Virus record (IMG/VR): IMGVR_UViG_3300044454_000098
Span: 1 to 45,908 of that record
Length of the DNA: 45,908 bases
Origin: a virus
Lineage: Duplodnaviria; Caudoviricetes
Reading direction: 5' to 3' (one strand)
The translations under genes were made by a program, and so were the position numbers. This document shows, one piece after another, positions 34,571 through 43,910 of the stretch (the first letter of the stretch is position 1; each line of letters starts with the position of its first letter). The notes beneath the pieces were generated by a model. That model had not been told where the DNA came from, searched no databases, and saw only the letters and a program-made list of their open reading frames with translations.

Positions 34571-35244
34571 TACCAGTCCCCTCGCGGCGCGTTGCCCACA
34601 CCCATGTTGGCGTAGCCCTTCGGAATCGCCATCGCGGCCCCGCTGAGCATGCCGCCCGACGTGGCGGCGGCACCCTTCGCGAACAGGTCGGACATCAGCT
34701 GCCAGTTGCTGCCGGCGGTCTTGATCTTGCCGGCGCGCTCTTCGGTGTCTACGCCGAACGCCTTGAGCATTTGCCGGGCGTTGTCGGCCCGGTTGCCGTA
34801 GTCGCTGGCGAAATTGGCGTTGCCCATGCTCTCGTCAAAGCCGGCGTTGGCGGGCGCGGCCGCCTTCGACATCAGGCTCACGACGTCGCGCATGCGCTGG
34901 CCCTCTTCGGCGGTCTTGGTGCCCGCGTAGGCCAGTTGCGCCGCGTTCGTGCCGCTGCCGCTGACGGTCGGCTGCGCCGGCGCCGCGGCCAGGTCGGCAT
35001 TGCGGGCGGCGTCCATCCGGGTCGCAGCGGCGTCCCACCGGCCCTGCCGCTCGGGCATGCCGTAGGTGCCTTGCGCGTGACCGAACAGCGAATTGAGGTT
35101 GTCCTGGTTGCGCTGCAGGAAATTCTGGCGGCCCTCGGCCGCGAGCTGGCGCGTGGAATCCGCCGCCTTCTTCGTCTTGCGATTGGCAGCAGCGCCGGCA
35201 GCCGCCGAGGCGGCCATCAGGGCGAGCGGGATCGCGACGGCCAT
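34570..35244 (-). CDS. Putative ejection (pilot) protein
   Basis: Hydrophobic Ala-rich N-terminus MAVAIPLALMAASAAAGAAA; A/G/M-rich. Confidence 0.65.
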   Translation of the reverse strand: MAVAIPLALMAASAAAGAAANRKTKKAADSTRQLAAEGRQNFLQRNQDNLNSLFGHAQGTYGMPERQGRWDAAATRMDAARNADLAAAPAQPTVSGSGTNAAQLAYAGTKTAEEGQRMRDVVSLMSKAAAPANAGFDESMGNANFASDYGNRADNARQMLKAFGVDTEERAGKIKTAGSNWQLMSDLFAKGAAATSGGMLSGAAMAIPKGYANMGVGNAPRGDW

Positions 35245-35583
35245 TTAGTTGCCGCCCATCGGGAGATTGAACAGCGCGCGCGCCAGGCCGCTTTGCGGCT
35301 GCTGCTGGTCGGCGTACAGGCGCCAGAGCTGCTGATCCGGCGGCGGCTGCATCGGCTGCGGCGCCATCGGCTGCTGCATCGGCATGGCCGGCGGCTGCAT
35401 CGCGGGCTGGCTGCTCGGCTCCGGCGTCAGGCCCGGGATCGCGCGCGCGAATCCGCCGGCGCCCGCCAGGCTGTTGCGGAACTTGCCCATCGCGCCGCGG
35501 TTCAGGCCCGGGGCCTTGCCCATGATCTTGTTGACCTGCTTCAGGCCAGGGGCCCGGCTCAGTACCCTCGAGATTGCACCCAC
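35245..35583 (-). CDS. Low-complexity basic/Pro-Gln-Met-rich protein
   Basis: GTG 35583 after GGGGGA; APGL repeats; QPAMQPPAMPMQQP. Confidence 0.55.
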   Translation of the reverse strand: MGAISRVLSRAPGLKQVNKIMGKAPGLNRGAMGKFRNSLAGAGGFARAIPGLTPEPSSQPAMQPPAMPMQQPMAPQPMQPPPDQQLWRLYADQQQPQSGLARALFNLPMGGN

Positions 35584-35584
35584 G

Positions 35585-35941
35585 TCATCCCCCCACTGGC
35601 GGGGTGCGCGGAAGGCCGCCGCCCGTTCCAGATTTACCACCCACGAATCCAGACCCCACGGCGGCCGGCTGCGCCGCCAGCGCATTGCCGAACGCCATGC
35701 GCGCGGCCATTTGCGTTGTCATTCCTGGCTGACGGCGATAGCGCTCGACCTCGGACGCGAAGCCAGGTTGGTTTGCCAGCTGCGTTCCGAACGCCGCCAG
35801 GTCGTTCATGCTGTAGCTCTGCGGCCCCGGCGCGATCGTCTGCCCGTTCTTGCCGATCTGAGCCGGCCGCGACAGTCCTGGAATGCGCTCACCCGCCATC
35901 GGCCGCGAGCTCAGTCCGTACATCGATGAGAGTGCGCCCAC
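35585..35941 (-). CDS. Low-complexity G/A/M-rich protein
   Basis: GTG 35941 after AGGTGG; same TGAC-GTG-GGY-GCA junction as the next gene. Confidence 0.55.
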   Translation of the reverse strand: MGALSSMYGLSSRPMAGERIPGLSRPAQIGKNGQTIAPGPQSYSMNDLAAFGTQLANQPGFASEVERYRRQPGMTTQMAARMAFGNALAAQPAAVGSGFVGGKSGTGGGLPRTPPVGG

Positions 35942-35942
35942 G

Positions 35943-36611
35943 TCACCACCTGACCGATCGATTGCGCGGCATCGCGGTGGGCGCGTACCCGCCGGCCGGC
36001 ATCGGCACTGATCCGCGCGCTGAGTTGGCGCCAGCCCCATAGGCCGCGCCGCCAAACATTTGAGCGATGTTGCTGAGCGTGTTCCCGACAAAGCGGCCGC
36101 GCGAGTTGTTCACGGCGTTGCTCATCGAGTTGTTGATCTGCGTGTAGGCGTTGTTGACCGCCGAGTTTTCATCCATGCCGGAGCTGATCATGTCCAACAG
36201 GTCGAGCCGCTTCTGCTCGTCGGCCGCGGTCAGCTGCCGCACCATGTCGTCGGTCTTGTTGCCGATGTCAACGACCTGGTTGTTGTACTCGCGGTTCATG
36301 TCGGCGTTTTTCTCGACGTCCACCGAGCCGCCGCCGAGGCCCTGCGCGGCCAGGCGCGCATGCAAGTCGCTGTCTGCCAGCGCCTTGTCCTCGTTCAGGT
36401 ACTTCATGTTCAGGTCGCGCGCGGCGCCGGCGGCACCGCGGTACATGCTCATGCGGGCGTCCATCGTGGGCGCGTCGCCGATACCAAAGATTCGATTGAC
36501 ACGATCGCGCGCGGCGTTCTTGTTGGTTTCGACCTGCTGCTGCTGGTAGATCGCAGAGCTGGTGTCCGGGGCGGCAGGCGCTGCCTGCTTACGTTTGAAG
36601 AGTGAGCCCAT
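35943..36611 (-). CDS. Putative ejection/internal virion protein
   Basis: MGSLFK...; LAAQGLGGGSVD; helical, Cys-free. Confidence 0.65.
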   Translation of the reverse strand: MGSLFKRKQAAPAAPDTSSAIYQQQQVETNKNAARDRVNRIFGIGDAPTMDARMSMYRGAAGAARDLNMKYLNEDKALADSDLHARLAAQGLGGGSVDVEKNADMNREYNNQVVDIGNKTDDMVRQLTAADEQKRLDLLDMISSGMDENSAVNNAYTQINNSMSNAVNNSRGRFVGNTLSNIAQMFGGAAYGAGANSARGSVPMPAGGYAPTAMPRNRSVRW

Positions 36612-37080
36612 CGATGCGCGCGTATACCGTTACGTCCTCACCTTGCACACCCAGGCGTCGCATCGTGCCCTCATAGCTGAGCCCGATCGTTTCGGCCAGC
36701 TTCCGGGCCTGGTTCCAATCGGCACGCACGAATGCCTGTATTCGGTGACAGTCGCCAGTCGCGAGCAGGCTCATTACAGCGTTACGTCCAAATCTAGCAA
36801 TAGTTAGCGCATGTTTTTCAACGGCAGCGGTCGTCGCCAGCCACCAGGTCGCCACGCCGGTCCCCTCGAACTGCAGGCCGGCGGCGCAATACGGGATACC
36901 GTCGCGGCCGTGGAACGACCAGGCTTCGCCCGCCGTCTGGATGCGGTTCATCGCGTAGACCTCGGGGCTGATGTCGCCAATGAAGCACTTGATGTCGGCC
37001 AGGCACTCGGGGCGCAGCCTGGCGGCCACGTCGAGCATCGTCCACAGCGTCAGCGGGCGAACGTCACCGGGGGCCGGCAT
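36589..37080 (-). CDS. GNAT-like acetyltransferase (T7 gp13-like position)
   Basis: HRIQAFVRADWNQARKLAETIGLSYEGTMRRLG; follows the nozzle. Confidence 0.75.
   Translation of the reverse strand: MPAPGDVRPLTLWTMLDVAARLRPECLADIKCFIGDISPEVYAMNRIQTAGEAWSFHGRDGIPYCAAGLQFEGTGVATWWLATTAAVEKHALTIARFGRNAVMSLLATGDCHRIQAFVRADWNQARKLAETIGLSYEGTMRRLGVQGEDVTVYARIDGLTLQT
36791..36824 (-). promoter_or_regulatory. Late-promoter motif copy C (CCG-TTGAAA-N19-TAGATT), inside the GNAT gene
   Basis: Local run of rare AT-rich codons; upstream of the ejection-protein block. Confidence 0.65.
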
Positions 37081-38656
37081 CGGCCTCGTAATACAGCTGC
37101 AGGCCCGAGAACTTGAATTGCGCGGTGTCGGTGCTGGCGGTCGAGTAGGTCAGCACCGGGGCGATGGCGACCGACGAAACCTCGACGGCCACCAGGCCGC
37201 GCGGGCGCGTGTCGCCGAGCGTGACGTTCTGCGTGATCGTCTCGCGCGTCTCGTCGTTCGGGTCATACAGGAACTTGATGCCGGCCGTGCGCTCGACGGG
37301 CCCGCCGATCCAGTCCATCGCCTGAAAATTCTTCATGCCGCCCGGCGCGTCGCAGTCCAGGAACGGCCATTCCACCGTGACGTCGATCGGCACGGCGTTA
37401 AAGCTCGCATCGTAGTCAACCACTTGCAGGCGCATGACCCACAGCGTCGGGTTGTAGGGCGCGCTCGAATTGGTGCTCTGAAGCATGTACGCGGCGTTGG
37501 GCGCCGTGGTGCCAGTGACCAGGTTGCGGGCGCGCAGCGGGATCAGGTATTGCGTCCAGGACTGGCGATTGGTGCCGAACGACATCACGACGATGCGCGA
37601 CTTGCCGGCCGCGTAGTCGGTCGCGAGGTTGCCCGAGAGCCCGGTGTCCTCGTAGGTCATGTGCGGCCACACGAACCACAGCTGCGACAGCGGCGTGATG
37701 AATAGCGCCTCCACCGGGTCCATGCCTACCAGGTTGTCGGCGCCGCGCGGATAGAAGCCGCTGCCGTAGAAGTACGGGCCGGAGCCCGAAGGCTGGTAGC
37801 CGATCGGCAGCTCGCGCACCGGGGCGCCGATGTCCTGCTGAATCCGGTTGTTGGTGTTCGAGCTCAGCGACAGCGAGCGAATGCCGTCCTGGCTGAGAAA
37901 CGCCAGGTCGTCGCCGAACGGCGCGATCGGCAGCGGGCCGGGCACTGAATTGAGGCCGACGTTGTAGAGCCGCTGGCGAATGAACATCTTGGCCTTGTCA
38001 ACGTCCGGGTACCACACCTGGGCGCCGTTCTCGAAGAAGAAAACGATGTCCGACTGGTAGGTGCCGAGCCCCTGGACGATGGCACCCATGCCGGGCGCCT
38101 GGCTCGAGGCGGCCAGAAATCCAGGGTCTGAGGCGCCGGCGGCCGGCGTCCAGTTGGTCGCGTCGTCGAGCTTCGAGAAATAGACCTGGCCGGCGTTGTT
38201 CGCGCACCACACGCGATTGCCGGCGATCGTCACCCGGTTGGTGTTCGGGCAGTTGGCGTCGGTGACGCGCGCGCCCGCGTAGTAGTGGCTGATCGTGCCG
38301 TCGCTGAACTCGACCACGGCATAGTAGGACGCCGCGAACGGCTGCGCGAACCACACGCGCTTGATGACGGTCTGCCCGGCCGGGCCGTTGGCGACCGTCA
38401 GGACCGACGCGAAGCCCGAGGTCGTGCCGGCCGCGCCCGTCGTCGTGAACGTGTAGAGCACGCCGTTGTACAGCAGCAGGCCCTCGCAATTCGTGAACGT
38501 GGCGAGCTTGTAGAGGCCCGGGCGGCCGCGCAGGCGGCCCCCGTCGTCAATGTAGACGTTCTTGGCGTTCCACAGCCGGTCGGGCTCGGTCATCGCCCGC
38601 TCGCGCCGGCGGTCGATCCCGTTCTGCCAGTCCTCGAAGAGCTTGGACTTGCTCAC
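37064..38656 (-). CDS. Tail nozzle/hub protein (beta-propeller-like)
   Basis: GTG 38656; LWNAKNVYIDDGGRLRGRPG; follows the adaptor; beta-rich. Confidence 0.7.
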   Translation of the reverse strand: MSKSKLFEDWQNGIDRRRERAMTEPDRLWNAKNVYIDDGGRLRGRPGLYKLATFTNCEGLLLYNGVLYTFTTTGAAGTTSGFASVLTVANGPAGQTVIKRVWFAQPFAASYYAVVEFSDGTISHYYAGARVTDANCPNTNRVTIAGNRVWCANNAGQVYFSKLDDATNWTPAAGASDPGFLAASSQAPGMGAIVQGLGTYQSDIVFFFENGAQVWYPDVDKAKMFIRQRLYNVGLNSVPGPLPIAPFGDDLAFLSQDGIRSLSLSSNTNNRIQQDIGAPVRELPIGYQPSGSGPYFYGSGFYPRGADNLVGMDPVEALFITPLSQLWFVWPHMTYEDTGLSGNLATDYAAGKSRIVVMSFGTNRQSWTQYLIPLRARNLVTGTTAPNAAYMLQSTNSSAPYNPTLWVMRLQVVDYDASFNAVPIDVTVEWPFLDCDAPGGMKNFQAMDWIGGPVERTAGIKFLYDPNDETRETITQNVTLGDTRPRGLVAVEVSSVAIAPVLTYSTASTDTAQFKFSGLQLYYEADAGPR

Positions 38657-39333
38657 ACGACCACCGGGCGCGGAATCGGATCGTTGTCCGGGTTGTCGCG
38701 GCGAATCACGTTGTTGCTGCCGAACTGACGGCCGCTCACCTTCGCCACCATTTCGGTCCACTGCGCCGTGTACATCGCGGCGTCGGCCTGCTTGTAGTGG
38801 CTCTTGGCGGCGACCAGGGCGTGCAGAAAGATCAGGTTGTCATCGACGTTGGGCCGGTCGTTGTCCTGCGTGAACCGGGTCATGTTCTTGACGTACCAAA
38901 TCTTCAGGTTGTAGACGGCGTTCGACTTCGGCCAGAACTGGATTTGGTCGAAGAGCTCGTATCGCATCGGATACGAATTGTTGTCGTCCATCGTGTCCCA
39001 GGCGGCGGCGCTGATGCCCTCCTTCGCCGGAATCCAGGTGCCGTTGACCTGCACCCAAATCGGCGAGCTCGAGTCCTTCGGCGTCCACAGCCGATGCGGG
39101 TTGGCGTCGGGCGGGTAGTCGATCAGGTTCTGCGTGGCGCCGATCGTCGTGTCGTAGTAGGCAATCAGCTTGCGCCAGTCCTGCATCCAGTAGACGTGAT
39201 GGAAGGCCGACAGCAGGAAGCCGTTGATGATCTCGTCGCTCGCGCCGGTCGCCGCGCCGGTGGCGCCGAACCCCAGGCGGGCGCGCAGGGACGCGCGCAG
39301 GTCGCCCAGGGTGCGGTAGGTGAAGGCGGGCAT
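38653..39333 (-). CDS. Head-tail adaptor protein
   Basis: TLGDLRASLRARLG...IQFWP...DDNLIFLHAL. Confidence 0.75.
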   Translation of the reverse strand: MPAFTYRTLGDLRASLRARLGFGATGAATGASDEIINGFLLSAFHHVYWMQDWRKLIAYYDTTIGATQNLIDYPPDANPHRLWTPKDSSSPIWVQVNGTWIPAKEGISAAAWDTMDDNNSYPMRYELFDQIQFWPKSNAVYNLKIWYVKNMTRFTQDNDRPNVDDNLIFLHALVAAKSHYKQADAAMYTAQWTEMVAKVSGRQFGSNNVIRRDNPDNDPIPRPVVV

Positions 39334-39336
39334 GGC

Positions 39337-39840
39337 TTACTCGGCGGCGAGCTCGGTCGTGAGCTGCTTGCGCAGCGCGTCGATCGGCGCCTTCGGGTCA
39401 AATTCCGCCTTCAGGCTCTCGAGCCGTTCCCGCACCTGGCGGTCGGACAGGTCCTCGGCGTCGGCCGTCTGCACGGTGCGCGTGAACTGGCCGGTGCTGA
39501 ACCGCCCGTACACGTACTCGCAAATCGGCATCTTCACTTCTTCGTGCATGCCGTAGACCTGGCAGAGCCGGTCATACTCGGCGCGCGGGTCGCCGGCGAA
39601 CACGTCGCCCAGGCCCAGGTGCGTCGATGGCAGGGTGTTCTCGGTTTTCTTCTTCAGCTTCTGGCCCTCGTCGAGGACCACCACCGGCTCTTCGACGACC
39701 TTCACGGTGCCTTCACCGTGGACGACCTCGAGCAGGGGGATTTCGTGCTCATACACCAGCAGCGGAGTCGTGGACGTGATGCCACGCTTGACTTCGACCA
39801 GGACCCGGCGCGACAGGGTTTTCGGCGCTTTGGTTGCCAT
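39337..39840 (-). CDS. Hypothetical protein after the capsid gene
   Basis: RBS AAGGAG. Confidence 0.65.
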   Translation of the reverse strand: MATKAPKTLSRRVLVEVKRGITSTTPLLVYEHEIPLLEVVHGEGTVKVVEEPVVVLDEGQKLKKKTENTLPSTHLGLGDVFAGDPRAEYDRLCQVYGMHEEVKMPICEYVYGRFSTGQFTRTVQTADAEDLSDRQVRERLESLKAEFDPKAPIDALRKQLTTELAAE

Positions 39841-39862
39841 CGTTGACTGCTCCTTGGTAGGT

Positions 39863-39903
39863 AAAGAAACAGGGCCAAGCCTTTAACAGCTCGGCCCTGT
39901 TTT
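39863..39903 (-). terminator. Intrinsic terminator after the major capsid gene
   Basis: AAACAGGGCCGAGC-loop-GCTTGGCCCTGTTT followed by CTTT. Confidence 0.75.
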
Positions 39904-39918
39904 GGACATCACTCCTGG

Positions 39919-40983
39919 TTAGGCCAGCGCGAGAACCGCATTCGCGTTCGAGCGGTTCATCGTGATGGCACCGCGCCAGGTCAGGCCCCAGTAGTACTCG
40001 TACTTGTCATACGCGCGCGGGGGCTTGCGGCTGATCATGTCGTGACCGTCGAGGGGGCGCAGCTTCACCGTCTTGCTGTTGATGAAGTAGCAGCGCTTTT
40101 CCCACAGGGTCGCCGGCGCGTAGAGCGTGTCGAGGTCGGCAAACACCGGGTCCCACGTCATCGGAACGCCGTGGAACGTCAGCATGTCCGTCTCGGTGCC
40201 CGCGTCCACACGCTTGCCGAACCCGACGCCCTGGAAGTCAATCCGGCCGTAGGTCTTGAGCATGAAGTTGCGGAAGCCGTCCAGGAACGTCGATCCGACC
40301 AGGATAATGTCCGGGCGGCCGCCGTTGCGGGTGCAGGCGCGCCAGGTCGTTTCCATGTTGTCGAGGATCGTGCCGGTCGTGGTCGTGACCGTCAGGCCGG
40401 TGGACACCTGATTGCGCCAGTAGGCGTTCGCCGCCACTGAGCGATCGATGCCGCCAACGGTGCCGGTGGTCGGGGTCAGCGAAATCAGGCCGTCAAGCCC
40501 GGCGATCGCGTCGCTCGACTGCGTGCCGTCCAGGTGCAGAGCACGGTCGAACTGCTCCTTGAAGCCCAGGCCGAGAACTTCGACTTGTTCCTCAATGAGG
40601 TTCGTGAGCTGCAGCTTTTCGGCGCCACTGGCTTCGGTCGGCTTCTGATCGTCATGGACGACGATGCCGTTCTGCGCCAGGCGATCCTCGTCCAGGGCAA
40701 AACCGTCGTGCGCGGAGCGCCACTGGTATTGCACCTGTTCGATCGTCTGCCGGCGGTTGTAGGTCACGACCTGCGAGCCGTTGAACCACTGGAAGTTGCT
40801 TTGGTAGGACGTGCGGATTTGCTCGACGATGTACTGCTTGCCACCGGGGGCGGCTTGCTTCTTGCCGACGAGCGCCTGCATGAGCGGGCGATCGATTGCT
40901 ACCTGATCGACGGGTTTGTTCTTCAGGTAGAAATCGAGGCCGATCTTGCCCGCGTCCTGGATTTCTTGGGCGGTAAAGGGCAT
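39919..40983 (-). CDS. Major capsid protein
   Basis: 354 aa after the scaffold; GLDGLI...GTVGGIDRS..NAYWRNQ; strong RBS; terminator downstream. Confidence 0.88.
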   Translation of the reverse strand: MPFTAQEIQDAGKIGLDFYLKNKPVDQVAIDRPLMQALVGKKQAAPGGKQYIVEQIRTSYQSNFQWFNGSQVVTYNRRQTIEQVQYQWRSAHDGFALDEDRLAQNGIVVHDDQKPTEASGAEKLQLTNLIEEQVEVLGLGFKEQFDRALHLDGTQSSDAIAGLDGLISLTPTTGTVGGIDRSVAANAYWRNQVSTGLTVTTTTGTILDNMETTWRACTRNGGRPDIILVGSTFLDGFRNFMLKTYGRIDFQGVGFGKRVDAGTETDMLTFHGVPMTWDPVFADLDTLYAPATLWEKRCYFINSKTVKLRPLDGHDMISRKPPRAYDKYEYYWGLTWRGAITMNRSNANAVLALA

Positions 40984-41106
40984 TTCGGTTTCCTCTTGCG
41001 ATTGGGTGAATGTGTGCCTACAGCTGACGAAGCTGCTTCACGTCATCGCAGGGGCGAGCTGCCGTGCATGCCATTGCCATTCGCCGGTCGGGTCGCGACG
41101 TCCCGA

Positions 41107-42195
41107 TTACGCTGCCGGCGATCCCCACATTGCTTCGTGCATCGTGCGCGGCGCGGGTTTCGCGCCAGCTCCGACACCGGCGCCGCGGAGGGGGCGGGCG
41201 CCATTTCCTGCATTGGCCGACTGACGTGCGGCCTTCCCGATTGCGTCATACATGCGCTTGATCTGCGCGGGCCACTCGCTCGGCGGCAGGCCCTTGCACC
41301 ACTCGACGGCGTTCGCCTCGAGGATCGGACCTTTCACCGCGTAGTCGAGGTCGGTCTGAGATTTTTCCTTGATGAAGGCGTCGATCTCACCAACCGCGGC
41401 GTTCTTGGCGCTGTCCCACTGCTGCGCGTTGTGCTGCTGAGCTTCCTGCTGCTGGCGCTGTTCCTGCGCCTGCTGAGCCTGGAAGCCGTGAACGGTGCGG
41501 AAGCGCGCCAGCTCGATCGCGCGCTCACGCGGCATTTCAAGTGCATCGACCGCCTGCTTCAGGTCGGGGTGCATCGCCAGCGGGTCGGCCGGCTGGAAGT
41601 CCTGGCCGGTCGCCAGCGCCAGAGCTTCCATTTCCTTCGTCAGGATCGCCTTGGCCGCCTCGTAGTCGCCGCGGTTGATGGCGCCCATGTAGTCCACGGC
41701 CACCGAGAATTGTTCCTGCTGGATGCCGTTGTCCTGCATCACAGACATGAACGCCTCGACGCGACCCTCGGCGCTCTTGGCGCGCTCCACCAGGCGCTTG
41801 AAGCGGCCCTGGCTGCGCTCGCTCAGCCCGTCAGGCTGCTCGAAATCCTCATCGCCCGGCTTGGCGTCTTTCTTCGGCTCGGGCTTCTTGGCTTCGGGCT
41901 TCTTATCGCCCGCGGGCGGTTCGCCATCCTCACCGGGCTTGCCGGCGGCTTGCTCACCCGCGGGCTTCTTGTTGTCCTTGCCCTTGCTCAGACCCTGCTC
42001 GATGGCCTCGGCCATCGTCTTGGGTCCCTCGTCCTTGGGCGCAGCAGCCGGGGCTGCCTCTTGGCCCTCGGCTGTGCCCTTGCCCTCGGCGGCAGTATCT
42101 TGTCCACCTGGTTCTGCACCTGCATCCGGTGCGAGGTCGGTGACGTCCTCTGCAGGCGCTGAACCCTGCTCGACAGCGGTCGTGTCTTTTGCCAT
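41107..42195 (-). CDS. Capsid scaffolding protein
   Basis: Acidic disordered N-terminus, coiled coils; immediately upstream of MCP. Confidence 0.75.
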   Translation of the reverse strand: MAKDTTAVEQGSAPAEDVTDLAPDAGAEPGGQDTAAEGKGTAEGQEAAPAAAPKDEGPKTMAEAIEQGLSKGKDNKKPAGEQAAGKPGEDGEPPAGDKKPEAKKPEPKKDAKPGDEDFEQPDGLSERSQGRFKRLVERAKSAEGRVEAFMSVMQDNGIQQEQFSVAVDYMGAINRGDYEAAKAILTKEMEALALATGQDFQPADPLAMHPDLKQAVDALEMPRERAIELARFRTVHGFQAQQAQEQRQQQEAQQHNAQQWDSAKNAAVGEIDAFIKEKSQTDLDYAVKGPILEANAVEWCKGLPPSEWPAQIKRMYDAIGKAARQSANAGNGARPLRGAGVGAGAKPAPRTMHEAMWGSPAA

Positions 42196-42203
42196 AGGCC
42201 CCT

Positions 42204-42237
42204 ATTTAAAACGGTATTCGGTAAAGTTTTTCAACGG
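42204..42237 (-). promoter_or_regulatory. Late-promoter motif copy D (CCG-TTGAAA-N19-TTAAAT) with operator-like TACCGAATACCGTT
   Basis: Intergenic AT-rich gap before scaffold/MCP. Confidence 0.6.
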
Positions 42238-43122
42238 TCAGAGCATCATCGCGATGACGAACACCACAAAGTCGGGCTCGCTCTTCGCGAGCTGCGCGAG
42301 CTCGGCCGGCGCATGCACGGCCATCGTGGTCGCCGCCCTCTGAGCGCGCGCCAGGTTCTCGGGAGTGACGGCGGGATTCTGTTGCGCGGTGGCGGCCAGC
42401 GCCTCGAGCACCTTGCGCAGGTCGGGCGCCGCGGCGGGCTCGAGCTCGACCGGCTCGGACGTACCCAATTCGGGTTCGTTCGTACCCAATTCGGGTTCGT
42501 TGCCGAACACCTTGACGCGCGCCGGATAGGCGCCGCGCTGGTCATAGGTCGGACCCGAGCCCCATCCGCGATCGACGGTCGGCTCGTCCAGGGGCGCCAG
42601 GGTGAAGGCGGCCGTATCAGCGCCTTCGGTGGCCGCCAGCTGCAGCGTGACCTCGCCCTCGAGCGCGAAGGCGGCAGTGTCGGCGCCCTCCGTAGCTCCG
42701 AGTGCCACCGTCTCGTTGACGGCGAAGGCAGCCGTGTCCGGGCCTTCCGTCGCGCCCAGGGCGACGGTGTGATTGATCGTGAACGCTGCGGTGTCCTGGC
42801 CCTCGGTCGCGGCCAGCTGCAGGATTTCGTTGATCGTGAAGGCCGCGGTATCCGGGCCTTCGGTCGCCGCCAGGGAGAGCGGTATCGAGTCGGGGGCGAT
42901 CGTGAAGGCCGCAATGTCCGGGCCTTCGGTGGCGAGCAGCTGCAGCTCGACCGGGCCGACCGGCGCGTAGACGTCGCGGATGCCCCACTGCGTCGGATAG
43001 CACGACAGGTCGGGCGACGCCGGGAATTGCTCGATCAGCCAAACGTCATACTCGGACGCATCGACGCCGACCGACAGATCGGGCGCGGCTGCTACCTGCT
43101 CGCGAAGGCCGATGTCGGCCAT
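42238..43122 (-). CDS. Acidic repeat protein (6 x LxATEGxDxAAF), putative head fibre
   Basis: Six ~19-aa repeats at ~42600-42945; acidic. Confidence 0.6.
   Translation of the reverse strand: MADIGLREQVAAAPDLSVGVDASEYDVWLIEQFPASPDLSCYPTQWGIRDVYAPVGPVELQLLATEGPDIAAFTIAPDSIPLSLAATEGPDTAAFTINEILQLAATEGQDTAAFTINHTVALGATEGPDTAAFAVNETVALGATEGADTAAFALEGEVTLQLAATEGADTAAFTLAPLDEPTVDRGWGSGPTYDQRGAYPARVKVFGNEPELGTNEPELGTSEPVELEPAAAPDLRKVLEALAATAQQNPAVTPENLARAQRAATTMAVHAPAELAQLAKSEPDFVVFVIAMML
42460..42501. repeat. Perfect 21-bp tandem duplication (NEPELGT x2)
   Basis: CGTACCCAATTCGGGTTCGTT twice. Confidence 0.9.
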
Positions 43123-43125
43123 GAC

Positions 43126-43641
43126 CTACGCCGGCAGCAGTGAGTCTTTGGTCGCGCCGGCGAGCGTGCCGTCGGGGCCGTGGATCACCAGGAAGTGAGC
43201 ATCACTGTACGGCGACGTCGCGTAGTACAGGCCGTTGGCGTCGCTTGTGACCTTGGATACCAGCTCTTCGGTGCTGGCGCGGTAGCAGCGCACGGTACAG
43301 TTGCCGATCGCGCTGCCGTACTGGTCGCGCGTGTAGCCGACGAACGACAGGCGGCCATTGGCGCCGCGCTCGATCCGGGGCGCCTTCCACCGCGGGCTCT
43401 TGTTCAGAAAGAAGTCATCGGCCGACCCGCTCCACCCGCCCAGGATTTGCCCGGTGCGCGGCCACCACCGGGTTTGATACATGAAGCCATCGTAGGCGTT
43501 GTCGGCCACCCGCATTTCAGTGCAGAGCAGCAGCGGATCAGGCGCGCGGGTGCGCTTGCCGTGATAGGTCGAGTCACAGGCGCGCCGATCCTCGGCGGCG
43601 TGAATCGTGACCGGCAGGCCGATGCTGCCGTTGATGAACAT
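43126..43641 (-). CDS. Protein with C-terminal carboxypeptidase-regulatory/Cna-B-like domain
   Basis: GYTRDQYGSAIGNCTV...VTSDANGLY. Confidence 0.6.
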   Translation of the reverse strand: MFINGSIGLPVTIHAAEDRRACDSTYHGKRTRAPDPLLLCTEMRVADNAYDGFMYQTRWWPRTGQILGGWSGSADDFFLNKSPRWKAPRIERGANGRLSFVGYTRDQYGSAIGNCTVRCYRASTEELVSKVTSDANGLYYATSPYSDAHFLVIHGPDGTLAGATKDSLLPA

Positions 43642-43910
43642 TATGGGTCCCCGCGCTCGCGCTCGAGCATGTAGCCGAGGTCGCGCACCGGCAGCGCAGG
43701 CGCCACGTCGATTTCGTGATTGGGCACGATGATCGCCTTGTAGTCCTGCACCTGGTTCTTGATCGCGTCCTTCGCGATGTCAAGCAGGCGGTTCGCCATC
43801 TTCTTGTCGCCGATCGTGCCGGCGGTGCTCACGCTGCCGTCGGCGTGCAGGCGAACAGTGACCCACTGCACGACGTCCAGGGGCTGCGGCGGGATCAGCT
43901 GGTTATTCAT
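43641..43910 (-). CDS. Hypothetical protein
   Basis: Coupled ORF in the late operon. Confidence 0.6.
   Translation of the reverse strand: MNNQLIPPQPLDVVQWVTVRLHADGSVSTAGTIGDKKMANRLLDIAKDAIKNQVQDYKAIIVPNHEIDVAPALPVRDLGYMLERERGDP

Noticed and set aside
42600-42945. Regular DNA repeats as a CRISPR-like array
   Set aside because: The repeats are degenerate at third codon positions and encode protein repeats; there are no unique spacers of CRISPR size.
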